A DNA stretch of 64,000 bases from Clostridia bacterium (GTDB lineage: Bacteria; Bacillota; Clostridia; Oscillospirales; CAG-382), in assembly GCA_017560085.1 (NCBI GenBank), contig JAFYPA010000051.1:6918-70917 (forward strand), in the 5' to 3' direction. The notes beneath the pieces were generated by a model. The model was not told where the DNA came from and ran no database searches. It saw only the letters and a program-made list of their open reading frames with translations. How positions within the stretch are numbered: the first letter of the stretch is position 1; each line of letters begins with the position of its first letter. Both the position numbers and the translations under genes were made by a program. Positions 51,420 to 59,785 of the stretch are shown here, one piece after another.

Positions 51420-51537
51420 GCGAGACGCCCGTCGTTTGGGCGGCTTGCACGGAATACGGTAAAAATTCAGTAGACAAAAAATCAGCACAAACCACACCTG
51501 CGACGATGCCGTGGCTTGGCATCGTTGCACGGAATAC
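51420..51537. repeat. Two 38-bp hairpin repeats with a shared TTGCACGGAATAC tail
   Basis: Copies at 51420-51457 and 51500-51537 have different but self-complementary stems. Confidence 0.75.
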
Positions 51538-51709
51538 ACTCGCCCTCCAACACAGCAGGAAGGTAAGCAACAGAACACCCACAGCACCTCCTAACATATA
51601 ACCCGGCGCAAGGAGCAAAGCGAGTGAAGCCAATATGTCAAATTTTTTGCCGAGCTTTTTTATAAAAAAGCGAGCCGTCGGAGACCTCCCGTAAAAAAGG
51701 AGAATAACA

Positions 51710-52741
51710 ATGAAAAGAAAAACAATAGTATTTACAGAAATAGGAAAGGCAGAGCTTTTGGAGCAGGAGATAGCGGATGAGCCGGGGGATTATGAGGTTT
51801 ATATAAAGACGGTGCATTCGACTATCAGTGCGGGTACGGAGAAGGCTAATGTTTCGGGGGATGTTAATATCAGTATTGCTGATGCGGGAGAAGAGACTCC
51901 CAAGTTCCCGAGAACCTGCGGATATTCGTCCTCGGGAGTTGTATGGAAGGTCGGAAGTAAGGTTACCAAGGTTAAGGTAGGGGATAGGGTTATTCCCAAT
52001 TGGGGCGTCCATACTACAATTAATGTCGTGCACGAGAACGGCGCTGTTAAGATTCCTGACGGAGTTTCGCTTTCCGAGGCTTCTGCGGTTTATATTTCTA
52101 CATTCCCGCTTGCGGCTATCCGTAAGACAGGCGTTGAGGCGGGCGAATCAGCTCTTGTTATGGGACTCGGTATTCTCGGTTGCTTTGCCGTGCATCAGCT
52201 CCGTGCTATGGGTGCTTATCCTATTATCGCCGCTGACCCCGTTGAGGACAGAAGAAAGTTCGCTCTTCAGCTCGGTGCGGACTTCGCTCTTGATCCCTTC
52301 GCTCCCGATTTTGCCGAAAAGGTTAAGGAAATTACGGGTGGCGGTGCTGACACAGCGATAGAGGTTACGGGCGTCGGTCAGGCTCTCGATACTACTCTCG
52401 ACTGTATGGCAATGCGAGGCAGAATCGCTCTTCTCGGATGTACAAGAGATAAGAACTTCACCATCGACTACTACAGAAAGGTCCACGGCAGAGGCATCCA
52501 GATGTTCGGTGCTCATATTATGGCAACTCCCAAAATGGAATCCTCTCACGGCTTCAGAACAATAAGAGACGAAACAATAACCGTTATGAACCTCCTTGCA
52601 GGCGGCAGACTCAATTACAAGCAGTTCATCAACGAGCATAATTCCCCCAACGATTGCTATAATGTTTTCCAAAGACTTATCAACGACAAAAACTTCCCCA
52701 TAGGCTGCCAGTTCGACTGGGACGGCATTCAGGAGCAGTAA
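51710..52741 (+). CDS. MDR-family oxidoreductase, copy 2 (tandem paralog)
   Basis: Same motifs as copy 1, with long identical stretches (e.g. LDCMAMRGRIALLGCTRDKNFTIDYYRKVHGRGIQMFGAH). Confidence 0.92.
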   Translation: MKRKTIVFTEIGKAELLEQEIADEPGDYEVYIKTVHSTISAGTEKANVSGDVNISIADAGEETPKFPRTCGYSSSGVVWKVGSKVTKVKVGDRVIPNWGVHTTINVVHENGAVKIPDGVSLSEASAVYISTFPLAAIRKTGVEAGESALVMGLGILGCFAVHQLRAMGAYPIIAADPVEDRRKFALQLGADFALDPFAPDFAEKVKEITGGGADTAIEVTGVGQALDTTLDCMAMRGRIALLGCTRDKNFTIDYYRKVHGRGIQMFGAHIMATPKMESSHGFRTIRDETITVMNLLAGGRLNYKQFINEHNSPNDCYNVFQRLINDKNFPIGCQFDWDGIQEQ

Positions 52742-52759
52742 AATACGGAGGATACTACT

Positions 52760-53782
52760 ATGAGTAAGAAAATAAGAATTGCACAAATCGGTATCGAGCA
52801 CGACCACGGTCTGTCTACACTCGCATCCCTCAGAAAGCTTACGGATGATTTCGAGGTTGTTGCATACGCCGAGCCCGGCTTTGTCGCACAGAATGAATAT
52901 AACGACGGCCAGAAGAAGGCTATGGAAGGCCTGCCCGTGAAAACCGTAGAGGAGGTTCTCGCAATGGATGACCTCGACGCCATCTCCGTTGAGCCTCACG
53001 ATACTCTCCTTTCAAAGTACGCACAAATGGTTGCGGATAAGGGCGTGCATCTCCACGTAGATAAGCCCTGCGCTACCGATTACCCCTCTATGAAAAAGCT
53101 TATAGATACCGTAAAGGAGAAGAATATCGTGTTCCATACGGGCTATATGTACCGCTTCAATCCCGCAGTGCTCAGAGCCCGTGAAATGATGGAAAGCGGA
53201 CTTATCGGCGAGGTGTTCTCCGTTGAAGCTCATATGGACTGCGAGCATAACCCCGGAAAGCGTGAATGGCTTAACGGAATTCCCGGCGGTATGATGATGT
53301 ACCTAGGTTGTCACCTTGTTGACCTTGTGAAAATGTTTGCTGGCAATACCAAGGACGTAACCTGCCTTTCCACATCAACACACCTTGAGAACGTTCATTC
53401 CAAGGACTACGGCTTTGCACTTTTCAAATATCCCAACGGACTTTCCTTTGCAAAAACCTGCGCCCGTGAAATAGGCGGATTTGACAGACGTCAGCTTGTA
53501 ATTACGGGAAGCAACGCAACCGTTGAAATTAAGCCCCTTGAAAGATACACAAACCTCGGAATGCAGACCTATATGAGCTATGTAACCGACGAAATGACCA
53601 AGACCAGATGGGCAGACTGCAAGTACAATATCGAGTTCCCGAGCTACGACAGATACGACGGAATGATGCATAACTTCGCACAGAAAATAAGAGGCGAGGT
53701 TACGGATATGTTCACTCCCGACTATGAGCTTGAGCTTTATGAAATGGTCGCAAAGGCATGCGGTATTTTTGAGGAAAAATAA
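52760..53782 (+). CDS. Gfo/Idh/MocA family oxidoreductase
   Basis: IAQIGIEHDHG, HLHVDKP, TGYMYRFNP, MMYLGCHLVD. Confidence 0.9.
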   Translation: MSKKIRIAQIGIEHDHGLSTLASLRKLTDDFEVVAYAEPGFVAQNEYNDGQKKAMEGLPVKTVEEVLAMDDLDAISVEPHDTLLSKYAQMVADKGVHLHVDKPCATDYPSMKKLIDTVKEKNIVFHTGYMYRFNPAVLRAREMMESGLIGEVFSVEAHMDCEHNPGKREWLNGIPGGMMMYLGCHLVDLVKMFAGNTKDVTCLSTSTHLENVHSKDYGFALFKYPNGLSFAKTCAREIGGFDRRQLVITGSNATVEIKPLERYTNLGMQTYMSYVTDEMTKTRWADCKYNIEFPSYDRYDGMMHNFAQKIRGEVTDMFTPDYELELYEMVAKACGIFEEK

Positions 53783-53788
53783 CGGATA

Positions 53789-53830
53789 AGGGTACCGCAG
53801 TGTTTTATCTGTACGGTACCTTGTTTTTTT
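53789..53830 (+). terminator. Intrinsic terminator
   Basis: GGTACCG/CGGTACC stem followed by TTGTTTTTTT. Confidence 0.7.
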
Positions 53831-53850
53831 CACGAATGTGCAAATTTTGC

Positions 53851-53879
53851 TTGACATCAATAGTGCTGTATGATATAAT
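53851..53879 (+). promoter_or_regulatory. Consensus sigma-A promoter
   Basis: TTGACA-17 nt-TATAAT with an extended TG, upstream of the AAC(3)-like gene. Confidence 0.85.
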
Positions 53880-53917
53880 TTACGGTAATAACCGCTGTAT
53901 ATTCCGGGAGGGTCAAT

Positions 53918-54709
53918 GTGATATATAACACAGAACAGCTTTTGAGTCATATAAAAGCATTGGGAATAAAAGACGATGATTACATGGTCGTACATACATC
54001 CCTGAAATCCGTCGGAAAAATTGATGAATGCGGGAAAACAGGTGCCGAAGCTCTGATAGATGCTCTGCGTCTGTCCGTAAAAAACGGTCTTCTTGCGATT
54101 CCGTCCTTTACCTATTCAAATATAAGAGAAGTTCCGATATTCGACAGAAGAAACACAATGCCCTGTGTCGGTGCAGTACCAACGGTTGCGGTACAGCTTG
54201 CAAACAAGGCACACGACATCGGGGACAACACCTGCATACGCTCCTTTAATCTTTCCCATTCGGTGGTTGCCTTCGGTAAGGATGCATATGAGTTTACAAA
54301 AGACGAGGTGAAATCCGACAGTCCTATGCCTGAGTTCGGTTGCTACGGCAATCTGCTTCGTCAAAACGGCAAAATACTTCTTATCGGAGTCGGACTTACA
54401 AGCTGTTCCTTTATACATTATATTGATGCAAGAATGGCGACTACTCCAACTGAACCGTACCCCATTACAGCAATCGACTATGACGGAGCGAGGTACAGCC
54501 GCTTTGCAAGAAATGCTTACGGTCCGAAAAGCTCAGCACCCTCAAGGTACTACGGACAGTATGAGTCATATCTTCGAGATGCCGGTGCGGTTACTTACGG
54601 CAAGATAGGTGATGCCGACACAATGGTATGCGATATGCGAAAAATGAGCGACATTATTACCGATATGCACAAGAACGGATTTTATCTTGTGACGGAAGAC
54701 AGAAAATAA
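53918..54709 (+). CDS. AAC(3)/YokD-family N-acetyltransferase
   Basis: VVHTSLKSVG, LAIPSFTY, SHSVVAFG, ILLIGVG...IHY; GTG start behind GGGAGG. Confidence 0.85.
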   Translation: MIYNTEQLLSHIKALGIKDDDYMVVHTSLKSVGKIDECGKTGAEALIDALRLSVKNGLLAIPSFTYSNIREVPIFDRRNTMPCVGAVPTVAVQLANKAHDIGDNTCIRSFNLSHSVVAFGKDAYEFTKDEVKSDSPMPEFGCYGNLLRQNGKILLIGVGLTSCSFIHYIDARMATTPTEPYPITAIDYDGARYSRFARNAYGPKSSAPSRYYGQYESYLRDAGAVTYGKIGDADTMVCDMRKMSDIITDMHKNGFYLVTEDRK

Positions 54710-54744
54710 CCGTACTTTACGTAAATACAAAAAGGAGAATTAAC

Positions 54745-56469
54745 ATGGATTTCAAAATCACGGGCGGTAACGCCAATGCAAAAATCGAAATACTCAACAA
54801 AGCCGAAAAAGACGGCATTCTCACCTTCGACGTAAAAATGACACTCCCCGAGAAGGCAATTCCCGAACGCTTTCAGATAGAATGGGATTTCCCGATACAT
54901 GATTGCTATTCCACATGGGGCCCTTCAATCGGAGGAAACCGTGACCTTCGTCCTAACTGGGGAAAGAAGCGCACAGATTCAAGACTTGCGGGCTGGATGC
55001 CTGTTCATCAGATAATTTCCGTAACAGGCAGAAACAGAATGGCAATTGCTCTTTCCGATGCAAAAACTCCGACAGCAATCCTTTCCGGCGTATGCGAGGA
55101 AACAGCCGAGCTTGAATGCAGAATCGAATTCTTCACAAATCTTGTAGCACCCATTTCCGAATATACAGCAACCGTAAGAATGGACTTCCGTGATATCGCT
55201 TATTACGATTCACTCTATGCCGTTACCGAATGGTGGGAAAAGGAATGCGGCTATACTCCCGCTTTCGTTCCGGAATATGCAAAGCTCCCGATGAACTCAC
55301 TCTGGTACAGCTATCATCAGAGACTTGTTCCCGATGAAATTATAAGAGAATGCAAGCTCTCAAAGGAGCTTGGTATGGATACAGTTATTATCGACGACGG
55401 CTGGCAGACGGATGATAACTCAAGAGGTTATGCATATTGCGGTGACTGGGAGGTCGCAACCTCAAAGATTCCGGATATGAAGAAATTCGTTGACGATATT
55501 CATGCTACCGGAATGAAGATTATGATCTGGTACAGCGTATGCTTTATGGGCAAATATGCGAAGAATTACGATAAGTACAAGGATATGCTTCTTGGCGATA
55601 AGAGATACAACGGAGCATTCGATGTACTCGACCCGAGATACAAGGAAGTGCGTGATTTCCTTATAGGTCTTTACGTTAATGCGGTTAAGGACTGGAATCT
55701 TGATGGTCTGAAGCTTGACTTTATAGATTGTTTCCGCCTTATGGATCCTTCAGAGCAGAAGGACGACAGACGTGATATCGAAAGTGTCGAAGATGCAACG
55801 GATGTCCTCATGACGGATATTATGAAGGCGCTCACCGCAATAAAGCCGGACATTATGATTGAGTTCCGTCAGACATATGTAGGCCCTGCCATAAGAAAAT
55901 ACGGTAATATGCTCAGAGTCGGTGACTGCCCCAATGATGCCGTAAAGAACAGACAGGAAATAGTAAACCTCAGATTCACCTCCGGCAAGACCGCAGTTCA
56001 TTCGGATATGATAATGTGGAATGTAAACGAGCCTGTAGAATCTGCCGCACAGCAGGTGACAAACATTCTCTACAGCGTACCGCAGATTTCCGTAAAGCTT
56101 GAAACACTTCCCGAGGATCACAAGAAGATGCTGAAATTCTATCTTTCCTTCTGGAGAGAAAACAGAGAAACACTTCTTGATGGTAAGCTTCTTGCGGCAA
56201 ATCCCGAAAGCTGCTACAGTCTTGTATGCACCGAAAAGGACGGAAAGGCCGTATTTACAGCATACACCGATGCTGTTATAGATATGAAGTCTTATACCGA
56301 GGCAAGTGCTGTCAACAGTACAAGATACAAGTCTCTTATCATCAAAAACGCCGAGGGCAAGAGCTACAGAGTTGTAAACTGCATGGGCGAGGAAATCGCA
56401 AAGGGCACTATCGACGGAGTACTCTGCGAGGTTGAGGTTCCGCTTTCCGGTATTGTGTTTGTAAAATAA
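54745..56469 (+). CDS. GH36-family alpha-galactosidase-like glycoside hydrolase
   Basis: NSLWYSY, VIIDDGW, GDW, GLKLDF (nucleophile Asp), EFRQTY, LRVGD (acid/base Asp). Start MDFKIT. Confidence 0.85.
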   Translation: MDFKITGGNANAKIEILNKAEKDGILTFDVKMTLPEKAIPERFQIEWDFPIHDCYSTWGPSIGGNRDLRPNWGKKRTDSRLAGWMPVHQIISVTGRNRMAIALSDAKTPTAILSGVCEETAELECRIEFFTNLVAPISEYTATVRMDFRDIAYYDSLYAVTEWWEKECGYTPAFVPEYAKLPMNSLWYSYHQRLVPDEIIRECKLSKELGMDTVIIDDGWQTDDNSRGYAYCGDWEVATSKIPDMKKFVDDIHATGMKIMIWYSVCFMGKYAKNYDKYKDMLLGDKRYNGAFDVLDPRYKEVRDFLIGLYVNAVKDWNLDGLKLDFIDCFRLMDPSEQKDDRRDIESVEDATDVLMTDIMKALTAIKPDIMIEFRQTYVGPAIRKYGNMLRVGDCPNDAVKNRQEIVNLRFTSGKTAVHSDMIMWNVNEPVESAAQQVTNILYSVPQISVKLETLPEDHKKMLKFYLSFWRENRETLLDGKLLAANPESCYSLVCTEKDGKAVFTAYTDAVIDMKSYTEASAVNSTRYKSLIIKNAEGKSYRVVNCMGEEIAKGTIDGVLCEVEVPLSGIVFVK

Positions 56470-56481
56470 TTTGCCAATTTT

Positions 56482-56507
56482 GTAGGGAACGACCTGCGTG
56501 TCGTTCC
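56482..56507 (+). repeat. GTAG-type REP-like hairpin
   Basis: GTAG followed by GGAACGAC-CTGCGT-GTCGTTCC. Confidence 0.6.
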
Positions 56508-56558
56508 TTGCTTTTTGTATATATCGAATTTTGTTATCCAACATTTGATTTATAAAGC

Positions 56559-56606
56559 AAAAAAATCCGGCTCGGTTCATAACGAATCAAGCCGGTTTTT
56601 TATTTT
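56559..56606. terminator. Bidirectional terminator between the GH36 and NhaC genes
   Basis: A-tract, CCGGCT...AGCCGG stem, T-tract. Confidence 0.6.
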
Positions 56607-56620
56607 ACTTTAAACTGTAA

Positions 56621-58411
56621 TCAGTCCTTCTTTGTGATAGCCTTGATACCAACAAGTGCAGCAACCATAAGAACGATTGCGATGGGAAGTGCGATATATA
56701 CGTTCTGTACGAAGCCTGCGATTATGTAGGATACGAAGGAAACACCTGCAACTGTAAGTGCATAAGGAAGCTGTGTGTTAACGTGGTTGATGTGGTCGGA
56801 CTGAGCACCTGCGGAAGCCATGATTGTTGTATCGGAGATAGGTGAGCAGTGGTCACCGCAAACAGCACCTGCAAGACATGCGGACATTGCGATAATCTGA
56901 AGCTCGGGGCTGAAGCCTGCGCCGATAACAATCGGAATAAGGATACCGAATGTACCCCAGGATGTACCTGTTGCAAAAGCAAGACCTGTTGCAATAAGGA
57001 AGATGATTGCAGGAAGGAGGTTCTGAAGAGCAGATGCAGAGTTAGCGATGAAGTGAGATACAAAGTACTTCGCGCCGAGCATACCTGTCATACCGCAAAG
57101 AGTCCAAGCGAATGTAAGGATAAGAATTGCGGGAACCATTGCCTTGAAGCCCTCGGGAATTGTTTCCATAAATGTTCTGAGGGTGAAGAGTCTTCTGCAG
57201 AGGTAGTATACGAATGTGATGATAAGAGCGATGATGGAGCCGAGGGAGAGACCTACGGAAGCATCGGAGTTGGAGAATGCATCGATGAATGTTTCGCCGT
57301 CAAAGAATCCGCCTGTGTAAACCATACCGATAACGCAAGCAACGATAAGAACGATAACGGGAAGAACAAGGTCGATAACCTTACCCTTGGGGTTGGGCTC
57401 GTAGTCTTCACCCTTAGCAGCTGTGCCGGATGTGAAGAGGTCGCCGTTAGCCGCATTCTGCTCGTGCTTAACCATGGGACCGTAGTCGATACCGAGAACA
57501 GTCATAACGATGATAGCAACGATTGTAAGGAGTGAATAGAAGTTGTAGGGGATAGCCTGGCAGAAGAGCTGGATACCGTTAACTCCCTCGGGAGCGAATC
57601 CGGAAACAGCCGCAGCCCAGGAGGAGATGGGAGCAATCATACAGATAGGAGCAGCGGTTGCGTCAATGATGTAAGCAAGCTTTGCTCTGGAAATCTTCTG
57701 GCTGTCTGTAACAGGTCTCATAACAGAGCCTACGGTAAGACAGTTGAAGTAGTCGTCGATAAAGATAAGACAACCGAGAACGAATGTGGAAAGGAGCGCG
57801 CCTCTCTTTGTCTTGATGTTCTTGGAAGCCCATCTGCCGTAAGCCGCAGAGCCGCCCGCCTTGTTCATAAGAGCAACGAATGCACCGAGAACTACGAGGA
57901 ATACGATGATACCAACATTCCAGGAGTCGGAGAGGGAAGCGATGAAGCCGTCAACAACGATTGTGTTGTAAGCTGTCTCGAGGTTGAAGTTCGCATAAAG
58001 GAGTGCACCTGCAGCGATACCAACGAAGAGGGAGGAGTAAACTTCCTTTGTGATAAGCGCAAGAAGAATTGCGATTACGGGAGGAAGAAGACCCCAGATG
58101 GAAGCGAAGAAGGGAGTGGAGTTTTCTCTTACTACCGCAACTGCTTCTTCATAGTTTACAGCCTTGTTGTCGTCGGACTGAACGGCTGTGTCGTAGTTGT
58201 CGATGTATGCCTGAGCATAATCTGCGTTTTCAAGTCCTGCCTCTGCAAGCTCGTTTTCGATAACGAAGGTCGCATAGCCGGGAAGTTCAGCTGCTTCTGC
58301 CGCAGCCTCAGCGGTGTCCCCTGTCGCAAATACCGCAAAAACGGAAAGGATAGAGAGAACAAATGCCGCAAGAAGGAATCTTGAAACCTTCTTTGCTGTG
58401 TTTGTGTTCAT
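56621..58411 (-). CDS. NhaC-family transporter, probable lysine uptake (LysW-like)
   Basis: FIDDYFNCL, LAYIIDATAAP, FATGTSWGTFGIL, GAVCGDHCSPISDTTIMAS; lysine riboswitch upstream. Confidence 0.88.
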   Translation of the reverse strand: MNTNTAKKVSRFLLAAFVLSILSVFAVFATGDTAEAAAEAAELPGYATFVIENELAEAGLENADYAQAYIDNYDTAVQSDDNKAVNYEEAVAVVRENSTPFFASIWGLLPPVIAILLALITKEVYSSLFVGIAAGALLYANFNLETAYNTIVVDGFIASLSDSWNVGIIVFLVVLGAFVALMNKAGGSAAYGRWASKNIKTKRGALLSTFVLGCLIFIDDYFNCLTVGSVMRPVTDSQKISRAKLAYIIDATAAPICMIAPISSWAAAVSGFAPEGVNGIQLFCQAIPYNFYSLLTIVAIIVMTVLGIDYGPMVKHEQNAANGDLFTSGTAAKGEDYEPNPKGKVIDLVLPVIVLIVACVIGMVYTGGFFDGETFIDAFSNSDASVGLSLGSIIALIITFVYYLCRRLFTLRTFMETIPEGFKAMVPAILILTFAWTLCGMTGMLGAKYFVSHFIANSASALQNLLPAIIFLIATGLAFATGTSWGTFGILIPIVIGAGFSPELQIIAMSACLAGAVCGDHCSPISDTTIMASAGAQSDHINHVNTQLPYALTVAGVSFVSYIIAGFVQNVYIALPIAIVLMVAALVGIKAITKKD

Positions 58412-58506
58412 TTAAATGAACCTCCTTAAAATAATTTTACCGCAAGTGACGTGATTCACCTGCGGCATAAAATACACTTTGCAAAGATATGTGTAAAAAA
58501 TCTACC

Positions 58507-58663
58507 GATAGTGCTCCACATCCGTGACAGTACGCAGGATATTCTCCTGCGTCCCGACGCTCGTGCTGCGGCATCGGCACGAACATCTCGGCGCACTCCC
58601 TTTTCACGGATATACATTTTTGCCGTATACCTATCCGATACTTGTGAAGGACGCACCTCTATC
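58507..58663 (-). ncRNA. Lysine riboswitch (L-box)
   Basis: Minus strand reads GATAGAGGTGCG...GAAAAGGG...GCCGAG...CGGG...AGAAT...ACTGTC...GGAGCACTATC, matching the L-box pattern with P1 GATAG/CTATC. Confidence 0.9.
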
Positions 58664-58676
58664 ATTAGTTGATTTG

Positions 58677-58705
58677 ATTTTACCATACGGAAACGACATT
58701 GTCAA
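58677..58705 (-). promoter_or_regulatory. Sigma-A promoter of the L-box transcript
   Basis: TTGACA-17 nt-TAAAAT on the minus strand. Confidence 0.8.
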
Positions 58706-58764
58706 TAGATTTTAATAAAAATAGGACATATTCGGGAAATATTTGTCGAAAAAGGTGCGAAAGC

Positions 58765-59622
58765 CTACCTTGATTTTATATATTTTGTCGGAGAACAGCC
58801 CATTTCACGGCGGAAGCACACCGCAAAATAGTTGGCATTTGCAAAGGAAAGCCTCTCGCTGACCTCACCCACGGACAGACCGCTCTCAAGCAGTACTGCC
58901 GCCTCCTTGATTTTAAGCTTCATAAAATAGGTATGAATCCCCGTGTCGGAATATTCCGCAAATATCTTTTTGACGTAAGCCTGCGAGAAGTTGAGGCTTG
59001 CGGCTATTTCACCAACGGAAACATTCTCGTAAATGTGCTCCTTCATATACTGTACTGTCTGTCTGTATATGTCCGCACTTCGTGAGGAATACTGCTCCTT
59101 TTGCAGAAGCTCAGACTTTATTATATCGAAAAGAAAAAGCTCCGTGCGACATTTTATTGCCGTGTTCATGGGATTTTTTTCATTCCAGCTGTGCACGAAA
59201 TTGTATTTTTCGTCGGAGAGCACAGCCTCCTCGCCCGAATTTTCCGCCTCAAGCGCGCGGAATTCCTCCATAATCCGAAGCACTTGCTCGCTTTGCTCCG
59301 AATTCAGCCTTATAACCTTGTTGGATAATTTCTCCGCCAAAGCACCCGACAGCCTGAAGGAAAATATAAATGCGTGTACGGGCTTTCCCTCTATTGCCCA
59401 TATACGGTGGAATTCCATCGGCTTGTGGAAAATCATATCCTTTGCGGAAAGGGAATAAATCTTGTCGTCCGCACTGACACCCGCTTTGCTGGAGATTATG
59501 TAAACCGCCTCCCAGAAGTCGTGGTATTCCCCCGTGAAATCAAAGTCGGGACTGTATTTTGCCTCGAATGCGGACATAAAGCATTCGATTTGCAGAGAAT
59601 CGGAAAAGTGCAATTCCTCCAT
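58765..59622 (-). CDS. AraC family transcriptional regulator
   Basis: GEYHDFWE cupin motif, FHKPMEFH, C-terminal HTH LSFANANYFAVCFRREMGCSP; divergent from the GH109-like gene. Confidence 0.93.
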   Translation of the reverse strand: MEELHFSDSLQIECFMSAFEAKYSPDFDFTGEYHDFWEAVYIISSKAGVSADDKIYSLSAKDMIFHKPMEFHRIWAIEGKPVHAFIFSFRLSGALAEKLSNKVIRLNSEQSEQVLRIMEEFRALEAENSGEEAVLSDEKYNFVHSWNEKNPMNTAIKCRTELFLFDIIKSELLQKEQYSSRSADIYRQTVQYMKEHIYENVSVGEIAASLNFSQAYVKKIFAEYSDTGIHTYFMKLKIKEAAVLLESGLSVGEVSERLSFANANYFAVCFRREMGCSPTKYIKSR

Positions 59623-59785
59623 AGTGGCGTATCACCTCACAAAAGTAGCCGTTTTTATATAAAATTATATCCGATACTGTATAGACATATAATTTTGAAT
59701 GCTTTATAATAATAGCATAGGATATTGCGTTTGTCAATCCGAAAACGAATTTTTTATGAAAGATATATATGAAAGGAATTTCAGA

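Noticed and set aside
51420-51537. 38-bp repeat / 42-bp spacer as a mini-CRISPR or integron attC pair
   Set aside because: There are only two copies, with divergent stem sequences; no cas or integrase genes and no RYYYAAC/GTTRRRY ends. Kept instead as a REP-like finding.
51388-51633. 81-aa hydrophobic minus-strand ORF between the MDR paralogs
   Set aside because: It runs through the repeat elements, has no convincing RBS, and its hydrophobicity follows from the local G/T skew on that strand.
52760-53782. Gfo/Idh/MocA gene as part of the 3-keto-glycoside oxidation/elimination pathway
   Set aside because: The required sugar-phosphate-isomerase-like TIM-barrel lyase and DUF1080 hydratase genes are not present in the window.
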